Shown: positions 8,276-17,509 of the stretch, in pieces
Layout of the letters: each line of letters starts with the position of its first letter
Numbering within the stretch: position 1 is the first letter of the stretch
The notes under the pieces: model-generated
The model's database searches: none
Seen by the model: the letters and a program-made list of their open reading frames with translations, nothing else
Told to the model about the DNA's origin: nothing
Assembly (NCBI GenBank): GCA_045105515.1
Contig: JBGCDR010000152.1
Span: forward strand, 1-56,220
Reading direction: 5' to 3'
From: Oligoflexales bacterium
GTDB taxonomy: Bacteria; Bdellovibrionota_B; Oligoflexia; Oligoflexales; Bog-1112
DNA: 56,220 nucleotides
Translations under genes and position numbers: made by a program

Positions 8276-8910
8276 TGGTAGAAAAGGAACTTAGATCTAT
8301 GTCTCTTGCAAATCAGAGGTTCTTTCTTAAAGAAAGCGTTGAAAAGCCAAATACCCTGCACCTTGATGTTCCTGCACCACCAATAAACCTTTTCAATACC
8401 GTTAAAGATCTAAAGAGTATCTGTGCTGGATACCTCGGCACTGAGCGTACCATTGCTAGTTTTTTTAAACTTTTGCATATGTGCGGGCTCGATAAGCACA
8501 GCATATACCGAGAGCGATTCTGGAAGGCTTACTTAAAAGCTGGCTATATCAACCAAGCATGGCTCATATTAGCACCGACAGCCGAGATTTTAGCTCTTAA
8601 TAAACTGGGTATCAAAAACTACCAATTTGGTAAGCTGCATAAGTGTCGCCGTATTGATGAAAAACATGTGGTTCTCTTAATGCGCCTAGACAACCTTCTT
8701 ATTGCAGAATGGAGCCACATCGGAAAATGTCGGTTTTGGTTTCACAATAATTTAAACGTGCCTGGTCTATTCAAACGTTCATACCGGAGAGAACAACTGA
8801 TTGATTTCGCAGATTATATACAGCAACATTACTTTTCCTCAAAAGGGCTCTGGCAAAAGGATGCCTCTGCTTGGATGAGTGCAAAAGCTCATATCCCTAC
8901 GATTATTTAA
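8275..8910 (+). CDS. zorC: Short ZorC-like EH-signature domain protein
   Basis: GTG start overlaps the zorB stop (TAGTG). RERFWKAY...AWLIL...LLMRLDNLLIAEWSHIGKCRFW...QH....GLWQ matches the EH_Signature pattern; only 211 aa. Confidence 0.7.
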   Translation: MVEKELRSMSLANQRFFLKESVEKPNTLHLDVPAPPINLFNTVKDLKSICAGYLGTERTIASFFKLLHMCGLDKHSIYRERFWKAYLKAGYINQAWLILAPTAEILALNKLGIKNYQFGKLHKCRRIDEKHVVLLMRLDNLLIAEWSHIGKCRFWFHNNLNVPGLFKRSYRREQLIDFADYIQQHYFSSKGLWQKDASAWMSAKAHIPTII

Positions 8911-8926
8911 ATGCCAATAGCTAAGC

Positions 8927-9316
8927 TCAAGCCTTAGCCTGAAGACACTCTCCTATTTCTTCTTTAAAATTTTCGACAAATGTCGGATTATTAAACTGCA
9001 GCGGTTTTAAAACATACGACTTTGCCCCTAATGAAATTGCTTTATTGAGTTGGTCAGTCTGCTTAATAGCAGTGATAACCAATATCCTTGCATCTTCTGT
9101 AAGCGCAAAGATCTCTTCTAATGCCTGCAGACCACCCATGTTGGGCATAGTCAAGTCAAGGGTCATTAAATCAGGTTTATGCTTTTCAAAGATGTTCACT
9201 GCATCACTGCCATTCGAACCTTCAGCCACGACAGTGAATTTCATAGTCTCCTCAAAAAACTTTTTCAACTGAAGCCGAATTAGTAAAGCATCATCAACTA
9301 CTGCTACTGTTTTCAC
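8927..9316 (-). CDS. Single-domain CheY-like response regulator
   Basis: VVDD...LMTLDLTMPNMGG...VITA...YVLKP receiver motifs. Confidence 0.9.
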   Translation of the reverse strand: MKTVAVVDDALLIRLQLKKFFEETMKFTVVAEGSNGSDAVNIFEKHKPDLMTLDLTMPNMGGLQALEEIFALTEDARILVITAIKQTDQLNKAISLGAKSYVLKPLQFNNPTFVENFKEEIGECLQAKA

Positions 9317-9345
9317 ATTTACCCCTTCTAAGCTTGGATGGGTAT

Positions 9346-10317
9346 CTATCGCACAAGATCAATTGCCTCTTGGGAAAGACTAGCTCCATATCGACTAATC
9401 ACATCACTTGCTAAGGTTGCTGCAATGCGTCCGCACTCATCTAAAGGGCGCTTATTGCTTTGACCATATAGAAAGCCAGCTGCAAACATATCACCAGCTG
9501 CCGTGGTATCTACCACCTGCGTGGAAATGGGAGAAACTTTAACTTCTTTATCATCTTTTCGGATAAGAGCACCTTCAGATCCTAATTTTATAACTGCTGT
9601 AGCACCTTGAGAAGCAATAACTTTGGCTGTTTCTTTGGGCTCCGTTCCCCAAAGAAGGTGAGCTTCTTCTTTATTGGCAAAAACAATGTCAGCATGATCT
9701 TTAATGATTTCAAGGAAGTCATTTTTGTGATTATTGACGACAAAAGGATCAGCTAGGTCAAATGAAATAATGGTATTAGCATCTTTAGCAATTTTTATTG
9801 CTTCAAGAATTCCCTTTTTTTGGCCTTCTGTGTCCCATTGATAGCCACAAAAATGAAAGTAATCTGCATCAGTAAGCTCCTTGTGTGGAATATGAGAACT
9901 ATTATACAGCCGGCTAGCTCCCAAATAAGTCACCATAGTGCGTTCACCATCAGGAGTTACTAAAACCATACAGGTTCCGGTAGCTTCTTCCTTGGTGACA
10001 TTAAGGTGTCCATTGATGCTTAATTCCCCAAGTCGCTTCTTAATTTTTCCGCCAAAATGGTCTTCTGCCACCATACCTGCGAAGCAAGTTTTTTTCCCTA
10101 ACCTCGCCAAGGCTCGCATTGCATTCATGGCTGATCCACCCAACTCTTCGCCTTTGCTCTTTCCCTTGAAGGCCGAGAGCAAAATCTCTTGAGCAGATCG
10201 ATCCACCAAGTGCATATTGCCTTTGGTTAAATTATGCTCTTTTAAATCTTCATCAGAAGCATCGAAAATAATATCAACCAACGCGTTACATATTGATACA
10301 ACATCATAGGATTTCAT
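9346..10317 (-). CDS. PfkB family carbohydrate/adenosine kinase
   Basis: GGSAMN, FANKEEA and VDTTAAGDMFAAGFLYG motifs. Confidence 0.9.
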   Translation of the reverse strand: MKSYDVVSICNALVDIIFDASDEDLKEHNLTKGNMHLVDRSAQEILLSAFKGKSKGEELGGSAMNAMRALARLGKKTCFAGMVAEDHFGGKIKKRLGELSINGHLNVTKEEATGTCMVLVTPDGERTMVTYLGASRLYNSSHIPHKELTDADYFHFCGYQWDTEGQKKGILEAIKIAKDANTIISFDLADPFVVNNHKNDFLEIIKDHADIVFANKEEAHLLWGTEPKETAKVIASQGATAVIKLGSEGALIRKDDKEVKVSPISTQVVDTTAAGDMFAAGFLYGQSNKRPLDECGRIAATLASDVISRYGASLSQEAIDLVR

Positions 10318-10582
10318 TCATTACACCCTTGGAGATTAAGTTTATGCAGATGATATTGACTGGCAGACACCGAATAAAGCCGCCTAATCATTAAGACCCC
10401 AAAGAAAAAATATAGGCTAATAGGCTAATTTTTCAAGGATCGATTCCAGTTTACTAAAATTGGCCATATTTTTGCTGACCATTACAAAGTCGCCTGTTAG
10501 GATTGGGGCGCTCATCAATCAAGGCCCAGCTTTTACTTTTTTATGTCAGTAAGTAGCTGATGCAGACATACCTGAGGAAACT

Positions 10583-11599
10583 ATGAACGCTAAAACCCAT
10601 TCCTTTTTCACCCTAACACCCGATAAAATCCTTAATTCAGTAGAATCATTGGGAGTGAAATCAACTGGCCGCTGCCTACAACTGAATAGTATGGAAAACA
10701 GAGTCTATGAGGTAGAGCTTGATTTAAGTAGGGAGGAAGAAGCTGAAGTCAAGAGCAGGTATGATCGCTACCGAGTGATAAAATTCTATCGTCCAGGCCG
10801 TTGGAAGGAAGAGCAGATCCAAGAAGAGCATGACTTTCTCTGGGAACTAAAGGAAGCAGATATTCCAGTCGTCGCTCCCCTGAAAGATGACTCTGGTCGA
10901 AGTCTTTTTCACATAAAAGAAGATGATCTATGGTTTACTGTTTTCCCAAAGGTTGGAGGAAGAATAAACTACGAAAGTTCGGACTCTGAACTCCAAATCC
11001 TAGGACGGGCTCTTGCACGTTTGCATGCAGTCGGAGCTATAAAAAAAGCAAAATCTCGGATTGTTTTAAATCACGAAACTTACGGCGTACGCAATATAAG
11101 CTTCCTTACCCAAAACCAGTTTTTACCCTTAGACCTTGAATCACGCTATCAAAGAGCAGCTGAAAGCATCTGTGAATTATCTGCAAAACTATTTGAAAAA
11201 ATGGACAACCAGAGGATTCATGGTGATTGTCATCTTGGGAATATTTTGTGGGGCAGTGAAGGTCCATTATGGGTTGATTTTGATGATATGGTTATGGGAC
11301 CACCTGTTCAAGATGTTTGGCTTATGGTAGCCAGCCAAGACGATGATGGCAAGAGACAACGTGAAGTCTTTTTAAACGCTTATGAAGAAATGGGACACTT
11401 TGATCGCAACAGCCTAAAACTTATCGAACCTTTGAGAACACTTCGGTACATACACTATAGTTCCTGGATCGCTAGAAGGTGGGATGACCCATATTTCAAG
11501 AAGTCTTTCCCCCATTTTAATACTTGGAATTATTGGATGGAGCAGGTAGGCGATTTGGAATATCAACTAAATCTCATTAAGAATGAAATCAAGTCTTAA
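10583..11599 (+). CDS. srkA: Stress response Ser/Thr kinase SrkA/RdoA family
   Basis: LNSMENRVY, KFYRPGRW...EEHDF, RIHGDCHLGN, VDFDD, ARRWDDP.F. Confidence 0.9.
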   Translation: MNAKTHSFFTLTPDKILNSVESLGVKSTGRCLQLNSMENRVYEVELDLSREEEAEVKSRYDRYRVIKFYRPGRWKEEQIQEEHDFLWELKEADIPVVAPLKDDSGRSLFHIKEDDLWFTVFPKVGGRINYESSDSELQILGRALARLHAVGAIKKAKSRIVLNHETYGVRNISFLTQNQFLPLDLESRYQRAAESICELSAKLFEKMDNQRIHGDCHLGNILWGSEGPLWVDFDDMVMGPPVQDVWLMVASQDDDGKRQREVFLNAYEEMGHFDRNSLKLIEPLRTLRYIHYSSWIARRWDDPYFKKSFPHFNTWNYWMEQVGDLEYQLNLIKNEIKS

Positions 11600-11622
11600 T
11601 CAAGGATGTCAGGAAAAACATT

Positions 11623-12489
11623 TTATTTTTTTATGAGATTATAAATAACTGACTCTTTAGCAAAGTCAAAGTCAATGTTTTTATAGCTAACTTGCTGGCT
11701 GTATTTCTTTCGCGCTTTTTTAAGTTCTTTATCAGTTCGCTTTGGATCATGATGTGACAGCAAAGTACGTTTTGCCCTACTTTTAATACTGTTTTCCAGA
11801 GCTTGCTTCATAGATGAATGGCCCCAACCAACAAATTCCTTATACTCTTTTTCTGTGTACTGTGCATCATGCACCAAAAGATCGCATCCGTTTGCAAAAT
11901 CTATAAACTGATCATTTATAGGTGATGGCCTTGCCTCATGATCACTTGCAACCACTAAAGAAATACCCGTTTTCTCATCTTCAAATTTATATGCATAGGT
12001 AGTGGCCTCATGCCAGCCATGATCAAGAGGACAGTAGGAAATTTTAAGTCCAGACACCTCAATACTATCCTTAATCGTAATAAAATTTACCTGCGATGGC
12101 ATACTATCCACACCTGCAAAGGGCGAATAACTACCGTCAAATAGTAAGTCAAGATTTTCTTTCATCGGCTCAGTCGAGAGTGGTGAATAGAGGTTCAAGG
12201 TTGATGTCGGAAAGTAAATTGGATGAAAAAATGGGAGCCCTTGGATATGGTCCCAGTGAAAATGCGTATAAAAAATATGAACAGTCAGGCTTTCTTGTCC
12301 AGCTAATATTCTCGGCATAAGCACTTCACCTAAGTTGGTCACTCCAAAGCCAGTATCAATAATAATAAGCTCACTTTTGTGCAATAGCTGCATACAGCTA
12401 GTATTTCCCCCGTATATGGCGGTATCCTTGTGGGGTGATGATATTAGGCCCCTGGTTCCCCAAAATTTTAATCGCAATGTAGAACCCAT
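11623..12489 (-). CDS. MBL-fold metallo-hydrolase (phosphodiesterase/RNase Z-like)
   Basis: FWGTRG, GGNTSC, THFHWDHIQGLPFF, HDAQY, WGHS, HHDP. Confidence 0.85.
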   Translation of the reverse strand: MGSTLRLKFWGTRGLISSPHKDTAIYGGNTSCMQLLHKSELIIIDTGFGVTNLGEVLMPRILAGQESLTVHIFYTHFHWDHIQGLPFFHPIYFPTSTLNLYSPLSTEPMKENLDLLFDGSYSPFAGVDSMPSQVNFITIKDSIEVSGLKISYCPLDHGWHEATTYAYKFEDEKTGISLVVASDHEARPSPINDQFIDFANGCDLLVHDAQYTEKEYKEFVGWGHSSMKQALENSIKSRAKRTLLSHHDPKRTDKELKKARKKYSQQVSYKNIDFDFAKESVIYNLIKK

Positions 12490-13370
12490 TCTTCACCTTC
12501 TTTTGCAGGAACAACCTCTATTCCGTGCTCTTTTGCTTCGTCGATGACACTTGCTACCTTGGCCTGGACCATGTGATCCAAATCTTCTGGTGCATGATGA
12601 AAAAGTATTAAACGCTTAACATTTGCATCGATACAAAATTTGAGTGCTCTTTGAGGAGTAGAATGTCCCCAATCAGGTTTAAGATTTTCCTCGGTGAAAT
12701 GTGTATCGATGACCACAGTGTTACAATCCTTCAAGAAACTAACCAATCCTTGATTAAATTCTTTTTCGAATTTTTTTGGATCATCCTTGGCTTTTTCCTG
12801 CATATTTTCTCCCATATAGTTACCGTCTTCAATAGGAGCATTATCTGTGACCACTGCTACAGAATCATTTTTATAAGTTAGCCTATATGCTAAAGTGATA
12901 CCCTGATGGTTTATCTGATATGTATTGACTTTAACCTTTTCTTCTATCACAAATGAGCTTCCAGCCTTTATTGACTTAAAAGTTTGCTTTGCTTTCAATG
13001 CTTCCAATGGCACTGGAAGATTGTCCAGACGGTGAATTCCAAAAAAAAGATCATTAAAGTTTGCCTTCGATGTTTTGGAAGCAAAGAAAGTTACTTCATT
13101 GTTTTCATTATAGAGGGGTTTAAAGAAGGGAAATCCCAAAATATGATCCCAGTGGGTATGGGTAATTAGAAAGTAATACCTACTCTTATTAGCATCTGCA
13201 GATTTAGCCCTATGAGCAATTCCTGATCCTCCATCTAACAGTACACAGAAATTTTCATCGGGAAGCAAAAATTCCATAGATGTGGAATTACCACCAAAAC
13301 CCAAGAGATCAGATTTGTGAGTTGGTCGTGAGCCCCGAACACCTAAAAATTTCAACTTCATTTGACTCAT
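12468..13370 (-). CDS. MBL-fold metallo-hydrolase (paralog of the downstream gene)
   Basis: FLGVRGS, GGNSTS, THTHWDHILGFPFF, WGHS, FHHAP. Confidence 0.85.
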   Translation of the reverse strand: MSQMKLKFLGVRGSRPTHKSDLLGFGGNSTSMEFLLPDENFCVLLDGGSGIAHRAKSADANKSRYYFLITHTHWDHILGFPFFKPLYNENNEVTFFASKTSKANFNDLFFGIHRLDNLPVPLEALKAKQTFKSIKAGSSFVIEEKVKVNTYQINHQGITLAYRLTYKNDSVAVVTDNAPIEDGNYMGENMQEKAKDDPKKFEKEFNQGLVSFLKDCNTVVIDTHFTEENLKPDWGHSTPQRALKFCIDANVKRLILFHHAPEDLDHMVQAKVASVIDEAKEHGIEVVPAKEGEEWVLHCD

Positions 13371-13376
13371 AATTTC

Positions 13377-14309
13377 CTAAACTTTATACGCATCTACTAA
13401 TTTATTTGCTCCCACGATAAACCAAGCTACATGTTTTGATTGGTTTAGTGAAAGATCCTCAATATTATTCACAAAATAAGAAATCTGTATTTCCGTTTTA
13501 TGGACAACCTTAAATAGCACCTGACCACAATCTCTGGCGAAGCTATTTTGAAGTAACTCAAGTAAGAAGCCTGCATTTAACTCGAAACTAGTTTTTAGTT
13601 TGTATATTAGCCCTAAACGAACTCCATCAGCAACGAAATTCAATTCTGATCCTGCTACCTTGCCTAACAATTGTTTTGCTACAAAGCTGTTAAATCTTCC
13701 TAGCTCCTCTGACAGTTTGGAATTTATCTGGTATTGCTTGAGGACCTTTTCCATTCCAGGGCTAAGACCTTGGGTCAAAGAATCCAAATTCTCACTGATG
13801 CCTCCCCAAGGCATAGCATCAGATAGATCAAGTTCTTTAGATCCCAAAGCATTCAACAAAATCAACCTCATTAGTGGCATTTCAAAATAGTCATTTTTCT
13901 TTAAAATACCTACGTCTATACCTCTAGCTAACAAGTTTTTTAAGCTCGTTTGCTCATAAGTGGAACTAGCAAACGAGTCTAAAGATCTAAGTACGAAAAG
14001 GTTGGCAGACTGAGTAAGTTCTCCGAGTTGTTTAGCTGTTAAAAGTACACTCGGATCAATCAAAGTCAATAAAGCTTTCCTAACACTCTTCAAAAGCTCC
14101 ATATCGAAAGGTAGTTTTTGCCCAAATGCTGATACACTTGCAGCAAAAGCTTTCAACTGCCGCTCTTTTACGGTATCAGAATCTGACAAAAATTTAATAG
14201 TAGGTTCCACTAATTCTCTGCCTAAAGTTTTATACAAGTTCGGATTCAATCCGGCATCGGCAGATTCTAAATAAAAATTTAAAATCCATATTGAATAGAA
14301 GTGGAGCAA
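13377..14309 (-). CDS. Hypothetical protein
   Basis: 310-aa ORF co-oriented between pgsA and the MBL pair with short spacers; no recognisable motif; start uncertain. Confidence 0.6.
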   Translation of the reverse strand: MLHFYSIWILNFYLESADAGLNPNLYKTLGRELVEPTIKFLSDSDTVKERQLKAFAASVSAFGQKLPFDMELLKSVRKALLTLIDPSVLLTAKQLGELTQSANLFVLRSLDSFASSTYEQTSLKNLLARGIDVGILKKNDYFEMPLMRLILLNALGSKELDLSDAMPWGGISENLDSLTQGLSPGMEKVLKQYQINSKLSEELGRFNSFVAKQLLGKVAGSELNFVADGVRLGLIYKLKTSFELNAGFLLELLQNSFARDCGQVLFKVVHKTEIQISYFVNNIEDLSLNQSKHVAWFIVGANKLVDAYKV

Positions 14310-14352
14310 AGAAAGGCTAAGTCATTTAAACAAGACCCATAATGGCAAGATT

Positions 14353-14925
14353 TCAGTTTGAATTAAATTCTTTCCAAAATCCTTTAATATACAAATATGC
14401 TGAGTAAAGACTAAAGGAAAGTGCGGCCCAAATACTAAGCATACCAACCTCTCTGAATGGCCAGCCAAATAAGGGGGTGTTCACTAGTAAGCAGACCAAA
14501 GCCACATCCAGGAATAAAGTTTTCCATTTCCCAAGCGAGCTTACCTTAATGGTGATTCCATTCTGTTGGGCAACCAGCCGAATTCCCGAAATGGCAATTT
14601 CACGACATAGCAAGGTTCCTGCCATCCATGCCCAGATCGCTCCTGAATGAGCCACCAAGACCAGAGCTGATGCAGTAAGCATCTTATCTGCTACTGGGTC
14701 GAGTATTGCTCCCAAGCGGCTTTCCACTGCAAACTGACGAGCGATAAACCCATCCAGCCAATCAGTGATAGCAGCTAAAGTGAAAAGCACCGCACAAAAA
14801 AGATTTAAGCTACTAAAATTAAGAGGATACAATACTAGTAACAATGGTACGACTGCAATACGAAAGAGCGTCAACTGATTAGGTAAGTCTTTTATCCAAT
14901 TGGGAGGACTGTCAATTTTTTCCAT
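14353..14925 (-). CDS. pgsA: CDP-diacylglycerol--glycerol-3-phosphate 3-phosphatidyltransferase
   Basis: LPNQLTLFRI, TDWLDGFIAR...LGAILDPVADK, GKWKT. Confidence 0.92.
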   Translation of the reverse strand: MEKIDSPPNWIKDLPNQLTLFRIAVVPLLLVLYPLNFSSLNLFCAVLFTLAAITDWLDGFIARQFAVESRLGAILDPVADKMLTASALVLVAHSGAIWAWMAGTLLCREIAISGIRLVAQQNGITIKVSSLGKWKTLFLDVALVCLLVNTPLFGWPFREVGMLSIWAALSFSLYSAYLYIKGFWKEFNSN

Positions 14926-15182
14926 TTACCATCTCTACGCACCTATTTTTTAACACATTAGCTAATAATATGCCTTCTATTATAGCAGGTCATTGGAGCT
15001 CTGAGCTTTAATTAAGCCGAAAGCACCATCCATATCTCTCATGAAGTTTAAGTATCAAAATAATTTGTTCAACTAAAAAAACCCAGCTTGTGATTCTATA
15101 TCAATTGTAAAGCAATGATAAACCTATGCTCGCTTCATGTTTCTTGCTACATGTACTGCTCAAGGAAAGTGCTAAACAAGGG

Positions 15183-16829
15183 ATGAGCATGATGGGCAGC
15201 TTTTCAAACTCTCTTAATCAAGAACAGCTTACGATCACTACAGAAAACCTAGTTATTGGTACCGGGGTAGCTGGGCTTATGGTAGCACTAAAATTGGCAA
15301 GAACAAGTAAGGTTCTTGTCATTGCCAAAGGCTCAACAGATCAAAGTAACTCCTACTGGGCCCAAGGTGGAATCGCCTCAGTGTTCAGTCAAGAAGATAG
15401 CTTTGAGGAACATGTTCAAGATACTCTTGTTGCTGGAGCTGGGTTGTGCCACCAAGATGTGGTGAAAACCATTGTTGAATCAGGCCCCACCGCAATTAGA
15501 GACCTTTTAGAAATTGGAGTTAAATTCACAAAATTAGAAGGTACCAATGAGCAGTCTCAAACTTATCACTTAACCAAAGAGGGTGGGCACTCAAGGAGAC
15601 GGGTTCTTCATGCTGACGACCTTACTGGTGAAGCTCTTATGAAGGCTCTCATTATCGCTGCCAAAGGAAATCCCAATATTACCATTTTCGAAAACCAGTT
15701 TGCCGTAGACCTACTTTCGACTGACAAGTACTTTCCAAGTTTTAGCGGCAACTATTGCTTAGGTGCATACGTACTAGACCTAAAAACCAGTAAAATTTAT
15801 CAAGTTAGAAGCAGTAAAACTTTTCTTTGTACCGGTGGTCACGGCCGCTTATACCTTTACACCTCTAACCCAGAGGGTGCCACTGGAGATGGCTTAGCAA
15901 TGGGCTGGAGAGCTGGCTGCAAAGTTGCAAACCTTGAGTTTATGCAGTTTCATCCAACTTGCCTTTTCCACCCAGAAGCGAAAACTTTCCTCATTTCCGA
16001 GGCTGTTAGAGGCGAAGGCGGTATATTAAAGAATGTAAAAGGTGAAGACTTTACCAAAACTTACCACCCAAAAGGGTCTTTAGCCCCTCGTGATATTGTA
16101 GCAAGAGCTATTGACTCTGAGCTAAAACGGACTGGAGAGCATAGGGTATTTTTAGATTTGCGTCACATGGGTGCAGAAAAAATCAAAAAGCTGTTCCCAA
16201 ACATCTATAAGACCTGCCTCGCTTACAGCATAGATGCAGCTGTAGATATGATTCCAGTGGTACCAGCTGCACACTACAGCTGTGGAGGGCTCGTGATAGA
16301 TAGCTGGGGACGTACATCCGTCAATCACTTATATGCAATAGGTGAAGTGGCATGCAGTGGTTTGCATGGAGCAAACCGCCTGGCTTCTAATAGCCTATTG
16401 GAAGCTTGTGTCTTAGCTGACAGAGCAGTTCAAAAAGCTGTTGAACAAGGTCCCCATGGATATGATTCCTCTCCTATACCTGCATGGGATGCAGGTGAAA
16501 CCTTGCCACCAGATGAACAAGTTTTACTGTCCCATACTTGGGATGAAATCCGCCGATTAATGTGGAACTATGTTGGCATCGTTAGAAGTGAACGACGCTT
16601 ACAGAGAGCTTTTGCCAGAATTCAAACCATAAGGCAGGAACTCGACACTTATTACTGGGAATACAAGGTGAATGATCGCCTTTTAGAAGTACGAAACCTT
16701 GCTGAGATCGCTTGGCTTACAATACGCTGCGCCATGTCTCGCAAAGAATCACGCGGGATTCATTTTATTATTGAGAATAAAAATTCATTCAAAGACTCTC
16801 TTCCTAAAGACACGATCATCTGTCACTAA
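15183..16829 (+). CDS. nadB: L-aspartate oxidase
   Basis: IGTGVAGL, SYWAQGGIA, EGGHSRRR, QFHPT, SEAVRGEG, GLHGANRLASNSLLE, ESRG.H. Start among ATGs at 15183-15192 (ORF open from 15126). Confidence 0.95.
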   Translation: MSMMGSFSNSLNQEQLTITTENLVIGTGVAGLMVALKLARTSKVLVIAKGSTDQSNSYWAQGGIASVFSQEDSFEEHVQDTLVAGAGLCHQDVVKTIVESGPTAIRDLLEIGVKFTKLEGTNEQSQTYHLTKEGGHSRRRVLHADDLTGEALMKALIIAAKGNPNITIFENQFAVDLLSTDKYFPSFSGNYCLGAYVLDLKTSKIYQVRSSKTFLCTGGHGRLYLYTSNPEGATGDGLAMGWRAGCKVANLEFMQFHPTCLFHPEAKTFLISEAVRGEGGILKNVKGEDFTKTYHPKGSLAPRDIVARAIDSELKRTGEHRVFLDLRHMGAEKIKKLFPNIYKTCLAYSIDAAVDMIPVVPAAHYSCGGLVIDSWGRTSVNHLYAIGEVACSGLHGANRLASNSLLEACVLADRAVQKAVEQGPHGYDSSPIPAWDAGETLPPDEQVLLSHTWDEIRRLMWNYVGIVRSERRLQRAFARIQTIRQELDTYYWEYKVNDRLLEVRNLAEIAWLTIRCAMSRKESRGIHFIIENKNSFKDSLPKDTIICH

Positions 16830-16847
16830 AAAGTCAAAGTGAACAAG

Positions 16848-17354
16848 TTACATGCCTAATTCTTCTAGCGAATCCTTATTCTGTTCTGAAGGCTGTGGTT
16901 TGCGGCTAGGTTTATAAACCTTTGCACTAGGTTCAAGATTTGCTAATTGATCTGCTGTACAAATTCTCACCGAAGAAAAAACCAGCGCATAAAGGTCCGC
17001 CTGTTCTTTGGGTGCTTTATTTAAAGTTAGACCACTACTTTCTGCGTGAGCATGGCGGATGCCTACTGAGTATACCTTGCCATTTTTCTCAGCTTTGATT
17101 GGAAGGGTTTTCGACTGTATTACAAAGCCAGACTGTTCTAGTTGCTTAATGATTAAGTCTCGTTCAAACCCTCCGCAACGAACTGCAGCATGGACCCGCG
17201 TCCTTTCACAATCAGGGCAACGCCTCCCAGCCCATCTCACTGCAAATTCATTGGTGTATATCTTTGAACCATCTTTAAGCTTTTTTCCGCTGAAGATCCA
17301 TGGCTTTTCTATTTTACAATAGATACATAAGCGAGATGGAATACTATTATCCAT
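16848..17354 (-). CDS. Hypothetical protein with N-terminal CxxC...CxxC zinc ribbon
   Basis: CIYC...WAGRRCPDC; AGGAG RBS. Confidence 0.65.
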   Translation of the reverse strand: MDNSIPSRLCIYCKIEKPWIFSGKKLKDGSKIYTNEFAVRWAGRRCPDCERTRVHAAVRCGGFERDLIIKQLEQSGFVIQSKTLPIKAEKNGKVYSVGIRHAHAESSGLTLNKAPKEQADLYALVFSSVRICTADQLANLEPSAKVYKPSRKPQPSEQNKDSLEELGM

Positions 17355-17392
17355 AGAATCTCCTTAGTCATTGGATCTTTTTTTAAGGAAAC

Positions 17393-17419
17393 TTAACGAC
17401 AAAAAAAGAATTAAATTGA
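17393..17419 (-). promoter_or_regulatory. Putative sigma-28 (FliA) promoter
   Basis: Minus strand TCAA-N15-GTCGTTAA, ~40 nt upstream of the 17354 start. Confidence 0.4.
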
Positions 17420-17509
17420 TAATATTTTAACTTTTGTGAACCCTTTGTGACAGTCCATGATGGAAAGCAGGAGTCGGCGAGGTCGTTCTGGTCAAATGGA
17501 AGGCAAACC

